DNA of 64,000 bases from Blasia pusilla (GCA_050084515.1 CM114271.1:49290001-49354000); one strand, 5' to 3'; positions 27,783 to 41,499 are shown, counted from the first letter of the stretch. The notes: a model not told the origin generated them from the sequence alone. Made by a program: numbers and translations.

Positions 27783-27866
27783 GCATGTCATCAAAGACCT
27801 CTATCAAGATGAGAAGAGTTTTAATGAGATGTGTTTCTCATTAGCCAGATTTTAACGAAGAGGACT

Positions 27867-28170
27867 CATGGTTGCACAAAAATGGACAAGTCCATCCTTA
27901 GGACAAACATGGATATGCAAGCTTAGACATATCCACAAACATGGATTGCAAGAGGTGGAGCCCACACTTATAGCTCATGGTGGAAGCCATGGCAAGGATG
28001 AGCAGGGAAATAAAGAGGGAGGGAGTAGAGGTGGGAGAAAGAAATGGAAAAGTGCAAAACACAGAGGCATGTGGGGGAAATGAGAAAGAGGGGGAAGGTG
28101 GGCCATGGTGGGGTCATATGGACAAGTTCTTCCATAGGACGGACATGGACTTTGTCCATATGTAAGCTTG
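27867..28170. mobile_element. hAT-type MITE, copy 3
   Basis: Termini CATGGTTGCA / TGTAAGCTTG, AGGACT on both flanks, interior homologous to copy 1. Confidence 0.85.
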
Positions 28171-29507
28171 AAGGACTCTAGCTAAAGCTCAAACTTCTCC
28201 TTTCTTCACAATTTTACTCAAAAATCTATTGATGTCTTTGTGATAAGGCATTTGCTTGTGTTTGCAACATATATAGGAGATGGTAAAGTTGAGTGTTATT
28301 TTCTAGGGCTGGTTAATTGTGAATCTAAATAGTCTAATGCTATCACTAATATTTTGTTGGAGTTCATCAAAGATGGAGGGCAAGATCTCACGGGTCTCAC
28401 ATCCACAAATATGCCCCATCAAGTGCGACAAAGTAAGGGGTTTTTTAATTGCGTACCTTGGAAGACTTATTAAGTTTTCTGGAAGAAAAATAGGGTTCAA
28501 TTTATTCTATGGCGCTCTTAAAAGAACAATAGGGTCTTTATATTAGTTTCCCTTCATTGGATGACGTTCACATAAGATAGGGTTAATACTCAAAAAATAT
28601 ATATAATACATATTTATTGCATAAAATTTATTTATATTTATTTCAAATTTAATTTGAACAGCAAGTCTTTGATGGGAGCAAACATCATCCATCGTTCGGG
28701 TTTTCCTTCCTAGTTAGGAAATTCTTTGATTCTTTGCAGGGAAATTTAGAGGGAAAAAGATAGTGTTTTTTAAAAATGGTTTCCCCCCTTAACCATTTTC
28801 CCACTATTTCTCTCGAGTATACTTAAGTGGGTTTGGGTTGAGGGGAAATCCTTCCAAGGAAAGACAAACAGCCGCCACTCGGAAAAGGAGCTTGCAAGCA
28901 AGTTGCAGGTGAGTTGTAGGGAGGTTTGATGATCGAGCAAGCTTCGATCAATCCTTTGTCAAGTTTTTCCCGAATAGCGGACATATTGAAAAGCTTTCTT
29001 CGATCCGTGGTGACTAAAATACCTACTTGTGAAGCAGCTCAAGGCATTTTTTTTTTCAATTGGATCTACATCCTGCGATAATTGAATCTTGGACAGACGG
29101 ATTGTGCTTCTCTGGAACTGTTCGTATATATCTATCGTTTTGGCTTATTGTTGAAGTTGGTTCACCATTGTTTGGCATTGGTCGTCTTATTATTATCCAT
29201 CCTCTTGGTTTTAGGCTGATTCAGGTAATCATGTGACCTCTCTCTCTTTTGATTCACGTTTGGTCACAGGGGCAATCCTATTTGGTCATGAAAGAGAGAT
29301 ATTTCCAACCTAATGCCCCAAAAAAATTCTTCCTCTCCTTGCCATCTCTCTGTTACAGTCCTCTGCTTCTCCACGGAACCACCATGCGCCTGCCTCTTGT
29401 AATGCCGCCATGCGCCAACCTCGGATGAGCATTCAACTGCAGTATTCAGTTGGGCCTGTAGTTTTCCAACACAAAATATGTGGTTGAAAGCTGAAACCAA
29501 TGTCGTC

Positions 29508-29755
29508 TCTTGTAGACAATTGTGTATAGAGTGATCAGCGAATCAAATTTTTCTGCTTGTTGCCAATCACATTTTAATCTTTGAGCTCTCCAGAAACACT
29601 TGCAAAAGTGTTTCTGGAGTGCTCAAAGAGAAAATTTGCAACTCTGTGTGAGCGTAGTTGTCAAGCAAAACTTTCTATTGTGGCAATTCCCCATGAATAG
29701 TGCCTACTATCACTTAGAAGGGTGGATTATCTATAAATCCACCCTTGTAAATTAG
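29508..29755 (+). other. Nested inverted-repeat segment, candidate structured RNA
   Basis: 24-bp stem with one mismatch and a GCAA loop (29578-29629), enclosed by three further helices, plus an 11-bp hairpin at 29718-29746. Confidence 0.55.
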
Positions 29756-30341
29756 TTGGTTTGCAATCCTTTCAAGTCAAAGGACATTCTAACTCGAGTA
29801 GCCCAAAAGAGAAATTATACTACTGGCAAGGGAAAGGAGCGTGATCCTAATTGTCCAACTTATTTGGTTGAGGTTGGTAGTGATGTTTCAGTTTTGTTTG
29901 AATCTACAGTAGATGTTGGCCCTTCCACAAGATCAAAAAAATCAAAGAAAAGGAAGAGAAAAGAGACACAACTTGGAATGGAGGCAAGAGTTGCAAAAAA
30001 GGAATATTGGTTGGGGCGTATTGTGTTTTTGATTCAAAATAATGTTACACATTGGTTAAGACGTCGTAGTGCCTTGGACTTGATGGACATACATACTTGT
30101 ACCTCTTCGTGGATAGAAGGGAAGCATTTTTTGTGTCACGTGTAATTGGTATAAGTCTTATGGCCATGGTAACAACAAAACCTTGTTCACTTATGATGCA
30201 ATAGATGTGCAATGGATTAATATTGAAATGGTGATTTTTAATGTGAACTTGACAATGAAATGAGGGGTACAAGATAGAATATACATATTTGATTCAATTG
30301 ACTTACATGCTTTGAATACATACATTCAAAGTGTGAGTTGA
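29756..30341 (+). pseudogene. Decayed ORF fragment, BAH-like/transposon-associated appearance
   Basis: VEVGSDVSVLFE...EYWLGRI, then after a frameshift VTCNWYKS...FTYDAIDVQWINIEMVIFNVNL. Family not recognised with certainty. Confidence 0.4.
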
Positions 30342-33300
30342 TCTTGGTCAGTTTTTTTATGTTTGAGACATGTTGGATTCAATATTTTTGTGGATTGTGC
30401 TTAGAGTGTACTTGACACTATTGAATTGTGAGTAGATTAGTAGGAGGGAGTAGGCTAGGGGGATCACAGATTGGTTGATTGAGCTTCTTGCTCAAGTAGG
30501 GGTTGAATCCCCCTCTATCATAGTGTAAGGACAATATGTTAAATGTTAACTTAACTTGGTACTTTTTTTTTTCTTTCAAGGCCTTATTTATTTGAAGTGA
30601 TTGCTTTATTTAAAGAATTTTAGGGGTACCAAAAAGAAAAATTACTCCTTTAAAGTACATAAGGGTGAGAATTTATTTTTTTTCCACTTATAAGTTAGGG
30701 AGTTTAGACCCTAAAACGTCGTAAGTGATATAGAGCCTTTCATATAGTGACCCCTGAGAATATTGCAAGGGTCCAATGTGTTAGCACTGCCATACATGAG
30801 AGGGCATTCTTAAACATATGAAAGACCATGTCTCCTAATAGACTAGGTACTAACTTAAAGCATCTAGATGCAAATTTAAGGATTGCTTTAGAAGGGCTAG
30901 TAATGGACTATAACGAACATACTTGTTGCATTTGTGGTTTTGTGGAAAACTTCTTCAACTTTTAGATACTTGCAAATGCTTGCTAATCTTGATAGATACA
31001 TGAATTCTCAAGCCAAAGTGGAATTTGGTGCTCTATCTCTTGGTGTGTCAATTTTTTTTCCCCTAGGACCTAGAGCCCCTTGAGAATACTTTGGAGCTCC
31101 AAGTATTATACTATGTGTGGTATGATTCTTGGCTCCCAACTGGTGGGAGGTATTGCCAAGTTCAACTCAAAGGATTCTAAGGATAAATCAAAGTAAGAGG
31201 GGGAGTAGGGAGGAGTGAGTTGGTTTCATTCACTTTGCTAGGAAGAAGAGAGGGAGAAAAAGAAATGCAACCCTTCCACTTTGCTATGGATGAGTTAATA
31301 CAATTGGCTTGGTAGGTAGGAAAGAGTTACGACTAGCAAGGAAGATCAAGGAATGAGGCTCCCTCCCTCCCTGATCAGGGAAGCCTCACTCCCTGATCTT
31401 CCAAAATGGTCTCGACTCAAAATTTGCCGGAAATTGGCAACGTTTGGAAAATCCGTCAGAAATTGGCCGCCATTAGGAAAATCAGTAAGGAGTTGGCTTG
31501 CTTAATTTTAGAAATTCCATTAAGGAAATGAGTGAATATTTCAAATTCGGCAATGCATTTCAGTGGCCTTACAACGTGCACAAGCCTTCGCATTGATACG
31601 TCGTGCGGAGGTGGTGGGGGGTCGCTCGCCTCGTCGTCCATTCACGTCTGACCAACCACTCGTGTTTTTGTCAGATTTGTTTCAGACTATCAATCATGTA
31701 GCTCGTTGAGCCGGTGTTTGCGTTTAGGGTTGTTACCATTTTTTTTAAACATTTTTTTATGCATTTTTTGACTCCTCTTTTGAGATGTTATTACCTTTCT
31801 TTGTTCTCTTTTGAAATTTTATTTTATAATAAACTGGATATACAATTGGGGATTTGGGTTGCTTAAAATTTTTCTTAACTGTCCTATTTAAAGTTTAGGT
31901 GTAGAAATATAATAATATGACGAAAATAATAAAATTTTGGTGACTCATTTGTGGATCGTGGTCGTACATGACGCGGATCGCGCATGAGGCAGGTGCCAGG
32001 TTTAACAAAGTGCAACTAATATATCACGTCCCGCACGTGTAGACTAGCCTCGGATTATCTCCACGCTCGCCTACGTTCATAGCTAGAATTCGCCGATGAG
32101 TTAAGGAGCGGAAGCTCACGGAGTTGAAGGCTCATACGAGCAAATTTTCTATTCACGATGAGGAACGTGGTAACCATGGCAACCTCCTTTTGGTGTGCGC
32201 GGCCGATATGAGTAAGCAGAGGTGAAGCTCCGCAACGCCAGAATGATGGCTAATAAAACCGACGGAAGGTAAACAGGGGAGGCCTCGGCTGTGGTGACAG
32301 TTTCGGAAAATCATGGGGACGTAAGATCCACGATACAGACATGGAGTGGCTGTGAGGCTACGGACGGATCGTAAGGTCCAGTGACAGGTTTGATGCAGAA
32401 TTTGGACGTAAGATTAATAATCATCATCAGGCTTAGATGGCATGACAGATTTTGGTGACTGATTTATGGATCGTGGTCGTACATGGGGAGCAGCGCATGG
32501 GGCGGGTGCCAGGTTTAACAAACTGCAACAAATATATTATGTCCCACGATCGTCACCGAGATGACGGATCAGAGCCGTGACAGGTTTCGAAAGCAGAGGT
32601 GGCCATTAGAGGAATTGGAGAGGATGACATGGCGGCTGGCCCTAATGCATGATGTGGCCATAAGCCAGTCAGGCTATCGACCCAAATTGTGACGAACCTG
32701 AGGTGGCAAATTAGGAGGGTCCCGATCAGCACAAGGTGATTACAGCATGTGCGCGCAAAACTTAGTGTATTTTATTGTGAGAATCATGCAGTCATTAAAA
32801 CCCCCCACCAAGTTCAACTAGGCGAGCTAAAGTCTACTCTTTTCACAGTTCATCGAGGGCGAAGCTTAATTTGAGTCTATCTAGGCTGAATATATCGAAG
32901 ATACCGTAACTCGAGTGTACCTGCCTTTGAATCAATTAGTTTTCAGTTAGTTAAGACTGTTGTTTGAACCATATGAGACTAAATTTTCTGTTGTACTTAC
33001 AAATAGGAGCGGTACCTCAAATTTATGTTTTATCTAGGCTTTTTCGCTTCTAGAAAGCCATGTGTCAAACTGGCGATCACATTAAGAGAAAGAGCATGGT
33101 CTTGAAATTAAAACTTCGTCAGTGGCCACGTACAGAAGTGGGAGAGTGAACCCTCCGCGTGTGAGTCTATTCTCTCGATCGATTTCATGGACCTTGTAAC
33201 CTGAACCTATTTTGACCATGGATTCAAAGCTCAGAATACTTCATTAAACGGGTGTAAAATCCTTATTAAGAGACTCGACACATTTATCGACCCAGCTCAT

Positions 33301-35940
33301 GATCTATATATTCAAAAAGGCTCCACGCCAAAACAACGTAAGCCAGCGATCGCCTCAACCGGATCATCAGTACCAAGATCTGAGAGGCAGGCAGGCCTCG
33401 GAAAGCTCTAGATCTCTCAGCCGCAAGTATCAAAGATATCTGGAGTAACGTTTGATATCGATAGCTGTTGAGGTAACCGCTGAGGAAAGAAGTCAAATTT
33501 AAAGTTGAGGAGGGATCTACCATGATTACGAATTGGATCAAGATCACAGTGGCTCTGACATGGACATCTAGACCTAGATCTGTCTCGATCGAAGACCTTT
33601 GTAAGTAAGCTCTGGCTCGAGTCCCATGCTTCCGAGGTCAACTAGCAAGGTCGAGTATCGGTGATCGCATATGATGGTGTAATATACTTCTGTGTATGTA
33701 GCTCTGATGTGTCTATATCTGATTACCCTAACGTTTCAGAGCTCTAGCAAGAACTGTACGTTTCTATGAGGTGGAGTTTTAGATCGAGTGATTGATATAA
33801 TATATACCAGATTAATGAAAGAAGCTTTTTGCGGTGACGATGCGGATCGAAGATTACAGCTTAATGCACGTGCTTGAGCTTAATTTGACATCACGGAGCC
33901 CAAGCCAGAGAATTGATGGCGGGAAGGCGTGTAGCGACTCTAAACAGCTCTGGTACAGAGAGAACTCGTTCATGTTCATATATACTCCGAAATTCGGTAT
34001 CACATGTGGATCGACATCAACTTAATGTTGAGCACCTTGCGATGTGCAGATGTCACACAGGCACATAAGCATCGACAGCTCCCTAGCTATAGCGGCTGGC
34101 GACTCGCATGCTAGAGCTTGCGGTATCCTAGAGAAGCAACACTATAGGAGAAAGCTTTCGTAACCGTTGTCACGATCGCTGACGGAGTTACACTTCGTCA
34201 GTTTTGGCGATCTTTTCGATTAGACGCACCATAGATCAGTAAATCCTTGTTAATCGTGCTAGTCCAGCTAGGAAATTGCGTATTAAAGTAAAAAGTCACG
34301 TTTTACTATACTATGGAATTTCCCTAGCTAGAGCAAGACCAGCCAACATGTGGCTACGGGTTGTGCATGCGGGTGCTGCTACACGTGTTGGCGTAGGAAA
34401 ACTGAAGATGCATATTGCAATATCATCACGCTCTTGTGGCTCCTTCGCTAAAAGAAATTAATTTTTTTGAAAAAATTGGACCTCTTTAAGTTTCGAGGCC
34501 GTCACCTCACCCCACCCCACCCCGCCTTAAGGCTGAAAGTACCTAAATAGTTCCCTTTAATTTCTGACAAACTGCAAGAGGATGGTCTAGCCTACCCGCA
34601 CCTTGCAGTGAGTGTTTTTCCCTTCCTCCTTTGGATAGTGTTATAATGGGGTCCTGAGTGTATCACAGTGAAACTCTCCATAGCACCAGTATGGAAAAAC
34701 CGACCAAATTCACGATATATCCTTCCTTTTGCAACTGTCCATACCACCACTATCGTTGCGGATCCATGCATGAGGACCTGGTTTTCAATGGACCATATAC
34801 CATGTCCCACTCAAATGAGTCGTCCATTCACGCAGTAATATTGCAACATTTCCAAAATTGGGGGTTATTATATCACCAAAACACCTAATCATGGGGTAAC
34901 GTACCCATCCCTTTCAACAGGAACAGATGGATGCTCTCTGTGATATGTGACCTGAACTAACCGTACCTGTCTACAATCGGAGGAAAGAAACTCCGAACTT
35001 TCTTCACAATCGTCCTGGCCTTCTGGACGAAAGTCGAAATATTGTGGTCGTGTTACCCCTGTAATCATATCAAAGCGATCAGGTCTGATGATACTATGCT
35101 GGAATTCTTGAAAGAGACTCCAGCCTTGAACCAGCTGCGCTGGAGCGAAGGATCCAGCACACCGAACTGATCCTGAAAAATGTAGAGTCACTTTAGTTAA
35201 GATAACAAAAATTTTGGAGTTGAGATATGGTAATCGTGAATTTGAATCGTTACTTCCACGGAGATTCTAAGTGACACGAGCCCGCTAAGTAGTACTGCTA
35301 CAGCCACACGTGTAGGTTCTCGACAGGTGAATCCGATCTTGGCACTGGCTGCAGGATTTCCATCGATCGATGTTCATCCCGTGAGAGGTAAATAGATATT
35401 AGGGAAAGATAACCAATCAAGTTAGTTTCTCTGCCATAGCGGAGGGAATTCGAACTTTTCTCACGCGACCGAAGCCCAAACCAACAAAGAAAATTAAGCT
35501 TTTCCCGAATCATGACGCAAAGTTATTACGGAACTTTCCTGGGCTATATATTGAGAAAACCTCCCCTCTTTCTCCTCATTCTGTACTCATAGGACTCCAT
35601 CTCATACTGCGTGCACGAAGCTTTACGGGCTCTTTCTCACTTGATTTCCTGGAAATAGAACACTTCTCAACTTCTTGGATTATCTTGAGATTCAAAATGA
35701 AGACGTCAGCCGATGGTGTTACAGATAGATTCTTGTACTGTGTACAGTTAAAGTTCTGTAGGCGCTACGTATCTCGATGGATGGCTTTCTGATTGTGATC
35801 TAGTGTACGCAGTGATCTCAATCTATGTTTTAAGATAGATCCATCAATATGGATCCCAGGTATTGTTGTCGCACTGAGTACTATTGGCGATGTATCTTCA
35901 TTCAACAGCTTCATTTATGGACAAATTTCAGTGACATCGA

Positions 35941-36034
35941 TCATTTATATGTGCGTATCCTACTCTCCTCAATATCCTGTCTTATATATGTCATTTATAT
36001 GTGTGTATCCTACTCTTCTCAATATCCTGTCTTA
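35941..36034. repeat. 50-bp tandem duplication
   Basis: TCATTTATATGTG(C/T)GTATCCTACTCT...AATATCCTGTCTTA twice. Confidence 0.9.
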
Positions 36035-39000
36035 AGCTATTGTCGTTTTAAAGTTTCAGATGTTGAGAGATTGATCCGCTTTCAGATGAATAGTTGCTAG
36101 ATGACATTTCCGTGTGTACAAGGGTCCAGGCTTGATCTTCTATTTCTGAGCCGGAACAACAGTTGACGGGATTTAATGATGTCTGAAGCACTTTCAAATT
36201 CGAGATCTCGATCCTACACCTCCGATATTGTCCCTCCGACATCATTGAACCTCGTGAATTGTTGACCTACCTCTCACGAGCGGATCCGGATCTACAAATG
36301 AAGTGTATATATCATATACTTCGCAAATTGCTTGACAAACGCTGAGATATGCAGCTGTCCATCACCGTCCTGGAGAGCGTAAAATCGAACTCGCGTGATG
36401 CTGCTCTCTCTTCCGATCATTTTTCAGGTACACAATGTTGTTGAACACCCCTGTGTTATTATTTTCAGGCATTTATACGGTCGAATCCTAGTTACCGTGA
36501 TTCAGTGTAGACAGGCCCGAAATATATTGATAGCCATGTTGGGGCAGAATCGATCATGAAAACTCATGATTATCCGTTGGACGAAGATTCATCTTCTGAG
36601 TACGTAAGTATAGCTAACCACTCTAATATCAACCATTCGTGTATCCCACCAGTGGCGCACAGATTTACATGTGACATCTCTTTCGCGAAGCTAGCTAGTT
36701 ACAGCCTATGTATGCATAATTCTTAATGGGGGATTCGATCCATACACAGTACAAAACCGGGCTTCCAATCGCAGGTAACCTTGCAACTCAAACTCTTGGA
36801 TGGACTAACACTTGTGGTAGCAGTACTATTGCGTAATTAAGTGATGTAACGGCAGGTTTCGATCCAGGCAAAACTTAAGTTGATGGCATTTGGTGATATA
36901 CTAAGCTCTTTAAAACCGATGGATTTTACAGATTAATCTAGAAAACAATTGCCTTAATAGTCTAGATCTTATTGCCAATTCCAAGATCTAGATCGCTGTT
37001 GGCGAGTGGGGATTAAAGAAGTTCAAGTCGTTCCTCGAACATATGAGATCGAGAATGATCTTGAGCCTTTATGTATGCCCCTCTAGTTTCCGTTGGCTTG
37101 GAACTTTTCTGTTCTTGATGGAATCATTACTTAATCTACGAAAAGTGCAAACTCTTTTCATTTTCCGCTGGATTCAGTATACCTTTCTTTCATAAAATTT
37201 AATCTGTCGTTCTTTCTGAGGGCTTCCTATGTACCTGATCCTGGATCTCCCTAATTCATTTCCCCAGCGCATTTATCCTATAAGCATAATATGACACTTC
37301 CTTTCTGAACGAAATAATTAACCGATCGATTTTCCTACCAATGCCTTGCCCTCGGATTATAGGATTGCAATTGTCTTGGATAATGGTTCTACATAATACG
37401 TAGCTGCTTATAGATCGATCTCTCGTGCTCGATCGTTGCTGAGAAGGTGTGGGGATGTAATTCTGTTCCTTGCAGGCCAGATCAAAGTAAGAAACCATGA
37501 CTCCTAGATTGTGTACCTGTTCCTTGTTGACGTAATGTGGCAATTGCTAGCTCAAGTAAGCCTCACAAGGAAAAGAGTATGCTAACATTTACACACGATT
37601 CATTAGAATTAAAGTCGATCAAACCGGCCTATTCTTGCAATTGAGTATTATCTCGCAACAATCTAGTCATAATCATTCATGCGTGCAATGTAAAATCACC
37701 TAGATCCAGAAACTTGTATGTGCGGTCTGCCAGGATCAAGAAACCGGACGTGTCCCACATGCAATCAGAATACGCCAGATCCGATTCGACCCGCCTAGGA
37801 GAGGATGCTTACACGACGTCTCGCGCGTATTTCCTTGCAACATCGGAGGGAGCTCGAGGTAAACCAAGAAAAACATTTAGATCGACACACAACTCGCTCC
37901 AATCTTGTCAAGATTCAAGATGTGGGGATGGGAATATTAGAAGGTGGAAATAGGGTTGGAGGATGTGAAATAGTGGAGAATATAGGATATGAAACAACTC
38001 CTTAGACGCTAAGAATTAGAAAAGGGAAAAATTAATAAGAATTAAATTTTAAAATTTATATTTAAATATTAAAACATATATGAGGTGGACATGTATGTAT
38101 GGGTAAATTATATGAAGGGAGAGTAGGTGGATTGCATGAAAAATGGGAAGGAGATGCGTTTTAGGGTCATTAATGTCACATTATCTATTCTCTAATATTC
38201 TTTACAATAATTTTCTTGAGTATTTTTTAATATTTTCAGTATTTTCATTCTAGATTAGGAACTCCAATTCCTTAAAATCCAAAAAAAAAATCTGAATGTA
38301 GGAATTTATTTATTTTTAAATATCGAAAAAAATGTAAGTGTATGTGTGATATTTACATACATATTAAAATTTTAAACTTGTCTATGTGCTAATGTATGGG
38401 CTAGTAGTGCAAGCTTGAATATTGCCCATCACATGTGGATTGAGCCGATGAATGCACTATGAGGGCATGGAGAGACATAAGTAGTTGACGGATGGGATTA
38501 ATGGATGGATTTGGGTTGATTGATAGAGATAGAATAGATGGATAGATGAAAGCTAAGTTGATGGATAGGTGGGATTGAATGGTGGAATGGGTATTTAGAT
38601 CAAGTTGATAGATTGATGGAGGATAAGCTGCATAGAGGGATGGACTGAAGGTATATTGCATATGGAAAGTACGACACATTAAAGAGATAATGGATATAGG
38701 ATAGGGTCTATGGATGGACGAAAATATCATATCATTTAGCCTATGATTGGATGTGGCAATATAGCAATATAACTTGCCTCTTAATGCCATGTAAGCAAAC
38801 CTTGCTAGTTATTTGAACAATTTGGAAAATATGATTTTTTTTATGTCTCTAGGAGTAACTAGTGATTTTTAGTTATGAATGGTGGTATATAACTTACATG
38901 AGTCATAAAATAAAATATTTCTTCTAATAAAGATCTTATCCCTTGTGCTAAAAATCATTATAGAAATTTTGGGCTTTGGGTTATTTGCTCATCTTTGTTA

Positions 39001-41499
39001 AAACCTTGGGGGAAGGTATCAAAATTTTCAACCCATTTTTAGCACATAGGTACATGTTTTGTTGAAGCAAAAGATCCAAACCTCATTTTATAACGTCGTA
39101 TCGCATGAGTTAAAAACACCTCAGAAGTTTTTTACTTTGATTTGTGCATTCATCTTCCTTAAAACTTTCATTCTAAGATACGTATAAAACCTTGAAACAG
39201 ACTATTATACCATGTTTTGGCATAAATGGATATGTTTGGTTGAAGTGAAAAATCTTGAATGTCATTTTTTGTTTGAATGTTTGACTTTGATTTTTGCGGT
39301 TATCTTCCTTGGAACTTTGTAGGAAGCTATGAATTACTCTAGCAGAAAATTCTACCTAGTTTAAGATGAAATGGATATGTTTGCTTCAACTGAAAAGTCC
39401 CATTGAGTTTTGGGTTGTGTGCTTGGAAGCTCATAATATGGACTTGGTATGAAATACTATAAGGGATTGTTCCACAAAGTTTCAACTCAAATATATATGT
39501 TTGGTTGAAGTTAGAAATCTAGACCTTAGCTTCCATTATAAGGTTCTAGTGTGCATGCTAAAAATCACCTTTGAATTTTTGGAGCAAAGATACCATGATA
39601 TTATGGAGAATTCCATATTAACATACTTCCTTGGTTTTATGCAATGTGACACCTATGTGCAGAATTCTTCTTCATAGAGCCTTCGAGACTTGGAGATGGC
39701 TATACTCAAAGGCTTGAAAAGACTCATAGTTCTACAATTGAGCCTTCCATCCATAGGGTAAGTTAGATTTTTATTGAATGATTTAGAGAGCCTTTTTTTC
39801 GAATAGATTTTCATAATATGGCGTATGATATAATGTCTTCTCAAGGTTACTCTCATGCAGAAATTTTGTTCTTTTTTTGAAATCTAAATTTTCTTTTCTT
39901 TTTTTAGCATTATTTCAGCAAGCATTGCTTCAACGTCTACCGGCACTCAAAAGTTAATGGCCTATCCCCAGGCGCCAACGCACTGGTGGATCCCCACACC
40001 CAACAACAATGCTCAACCTAAAATCTTGAGGTGGAGTTAGGCCCATGGCCACTCATGAGTGGCGCCTGGTCTTGCCCCTTGATGCCCTCTATCCGGCTCC
40101 ATGGCCCTTAAAGGTTGCCACGGGTGCCCCATCCCTTGCCCTTAGCATTCGACACAACATCCTCTTAGGGGTCGCATGTGGCATAATGGCATTGCGATCA
40201 CCAATGCCTTGCTCCCTTGGCACCTAGTAATGCGTCACATGGGACATACCCACGCACAAAGACTTTGCCCATATGCAACCTTGTTATTTTGAAATTTAAA
40301 AAAACCCCTTATAAAGAATTAATTGGAATAATTTTAAATATATAACTCTTCCTTCAAATCTGTGAACATATGTAATAATAGGAAGAAGAATTAGGAGTAA
40401 AATTTAGAGTTTACCTAAGTTTAATGCACACAATGTTTAAAAGATCAAAAAGGTATCTTTTTACAATAGTTCTGATTAGCATAAGTGCATGCTCACCTTG
40501 TAATATTTTGTTCACACTCAAACTTCCCAAGCGTTAAGTTCTTGCAATATTTTACATTTTTTTTGGAACTAGATAAAAAAATTTAATGCAAATTTTGAGA
40601 TTCCTATACCCAACTCTTCCTCAAAAAACTGAACTTAGATTATTATAGAAATGATAATAAGGAAAAAATAACTCCCAAAAGTGAAGAAAAAACCTGAAAA
40701 TTACTATGTAGGCGATTTTTTCCCTCTTAGTAACTTTTCCTACCCTTGTGTTTGATTGGTTTGCTAAATTCTTTAATTTCTTAATTTTGAAAATATGAAG
40801 AAAAATAAGTTGGGATGATCTAGAGTTTCTAAACCCAACCCTTACCTAAAATTTTCAAAAACAAATCAGTATGGTGGGACACATTCAAGATTACATCTAC
40901 GAAATGAAATCTGTTCGAATACAAGAAAGGAAACCTAAAAATAAGAAATTTTTACATTACTCTTGTCAAGCACACCTTTTCTTTTTACTTTCTATCTTCT
41001 TTTTCCTTGTTAAAAATGTAAGTACCTTTAAGGATGGGTAATATTTCACATTTTTCAATTTGAAAAAAATTAAATTTTTTATATAAAAAATCATGAATTA
41101 GGGCATGAAATAATCTTTAATGTAGTAATAGAAATTTATCTAGTCTAAAATTTAAAATAAATAATATGATTATATTAAAAAATATAAGAAATTAAATCAT
41201 AATTAGGAAGTGCTAAGTTTCTACTTTATTCATTGATTTATTTCTAATCTTAGGCTTATAAATTTTTTTTGTTACGTGGAATCTCCCTACCCTAACTTTG
41301 GGAAATTTTTATATCATTTAATTTGGAACAAGGTTTGTGTACTAAACCCTCCCCTATGAAAAATATATAATGCAATCAATCTTAATTTATTTTTTTACAC
41401 TTATTATCTAATATTTTTAAGTCTCCCATACACAAATTTCTGTTGAATTTTACCAAAACAATGATTTAGGAAAAAATTAGTGGAATTGATTTGATCACA

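Noticed and set aside
38401-38790. 129-aa minus-strand ORF and a CTAGTAGTG CACTA-like end
   Set aside because: The ORF derives from degenerate GATG/GATA low-complexity sequence; no partner TIR or TSD was found.
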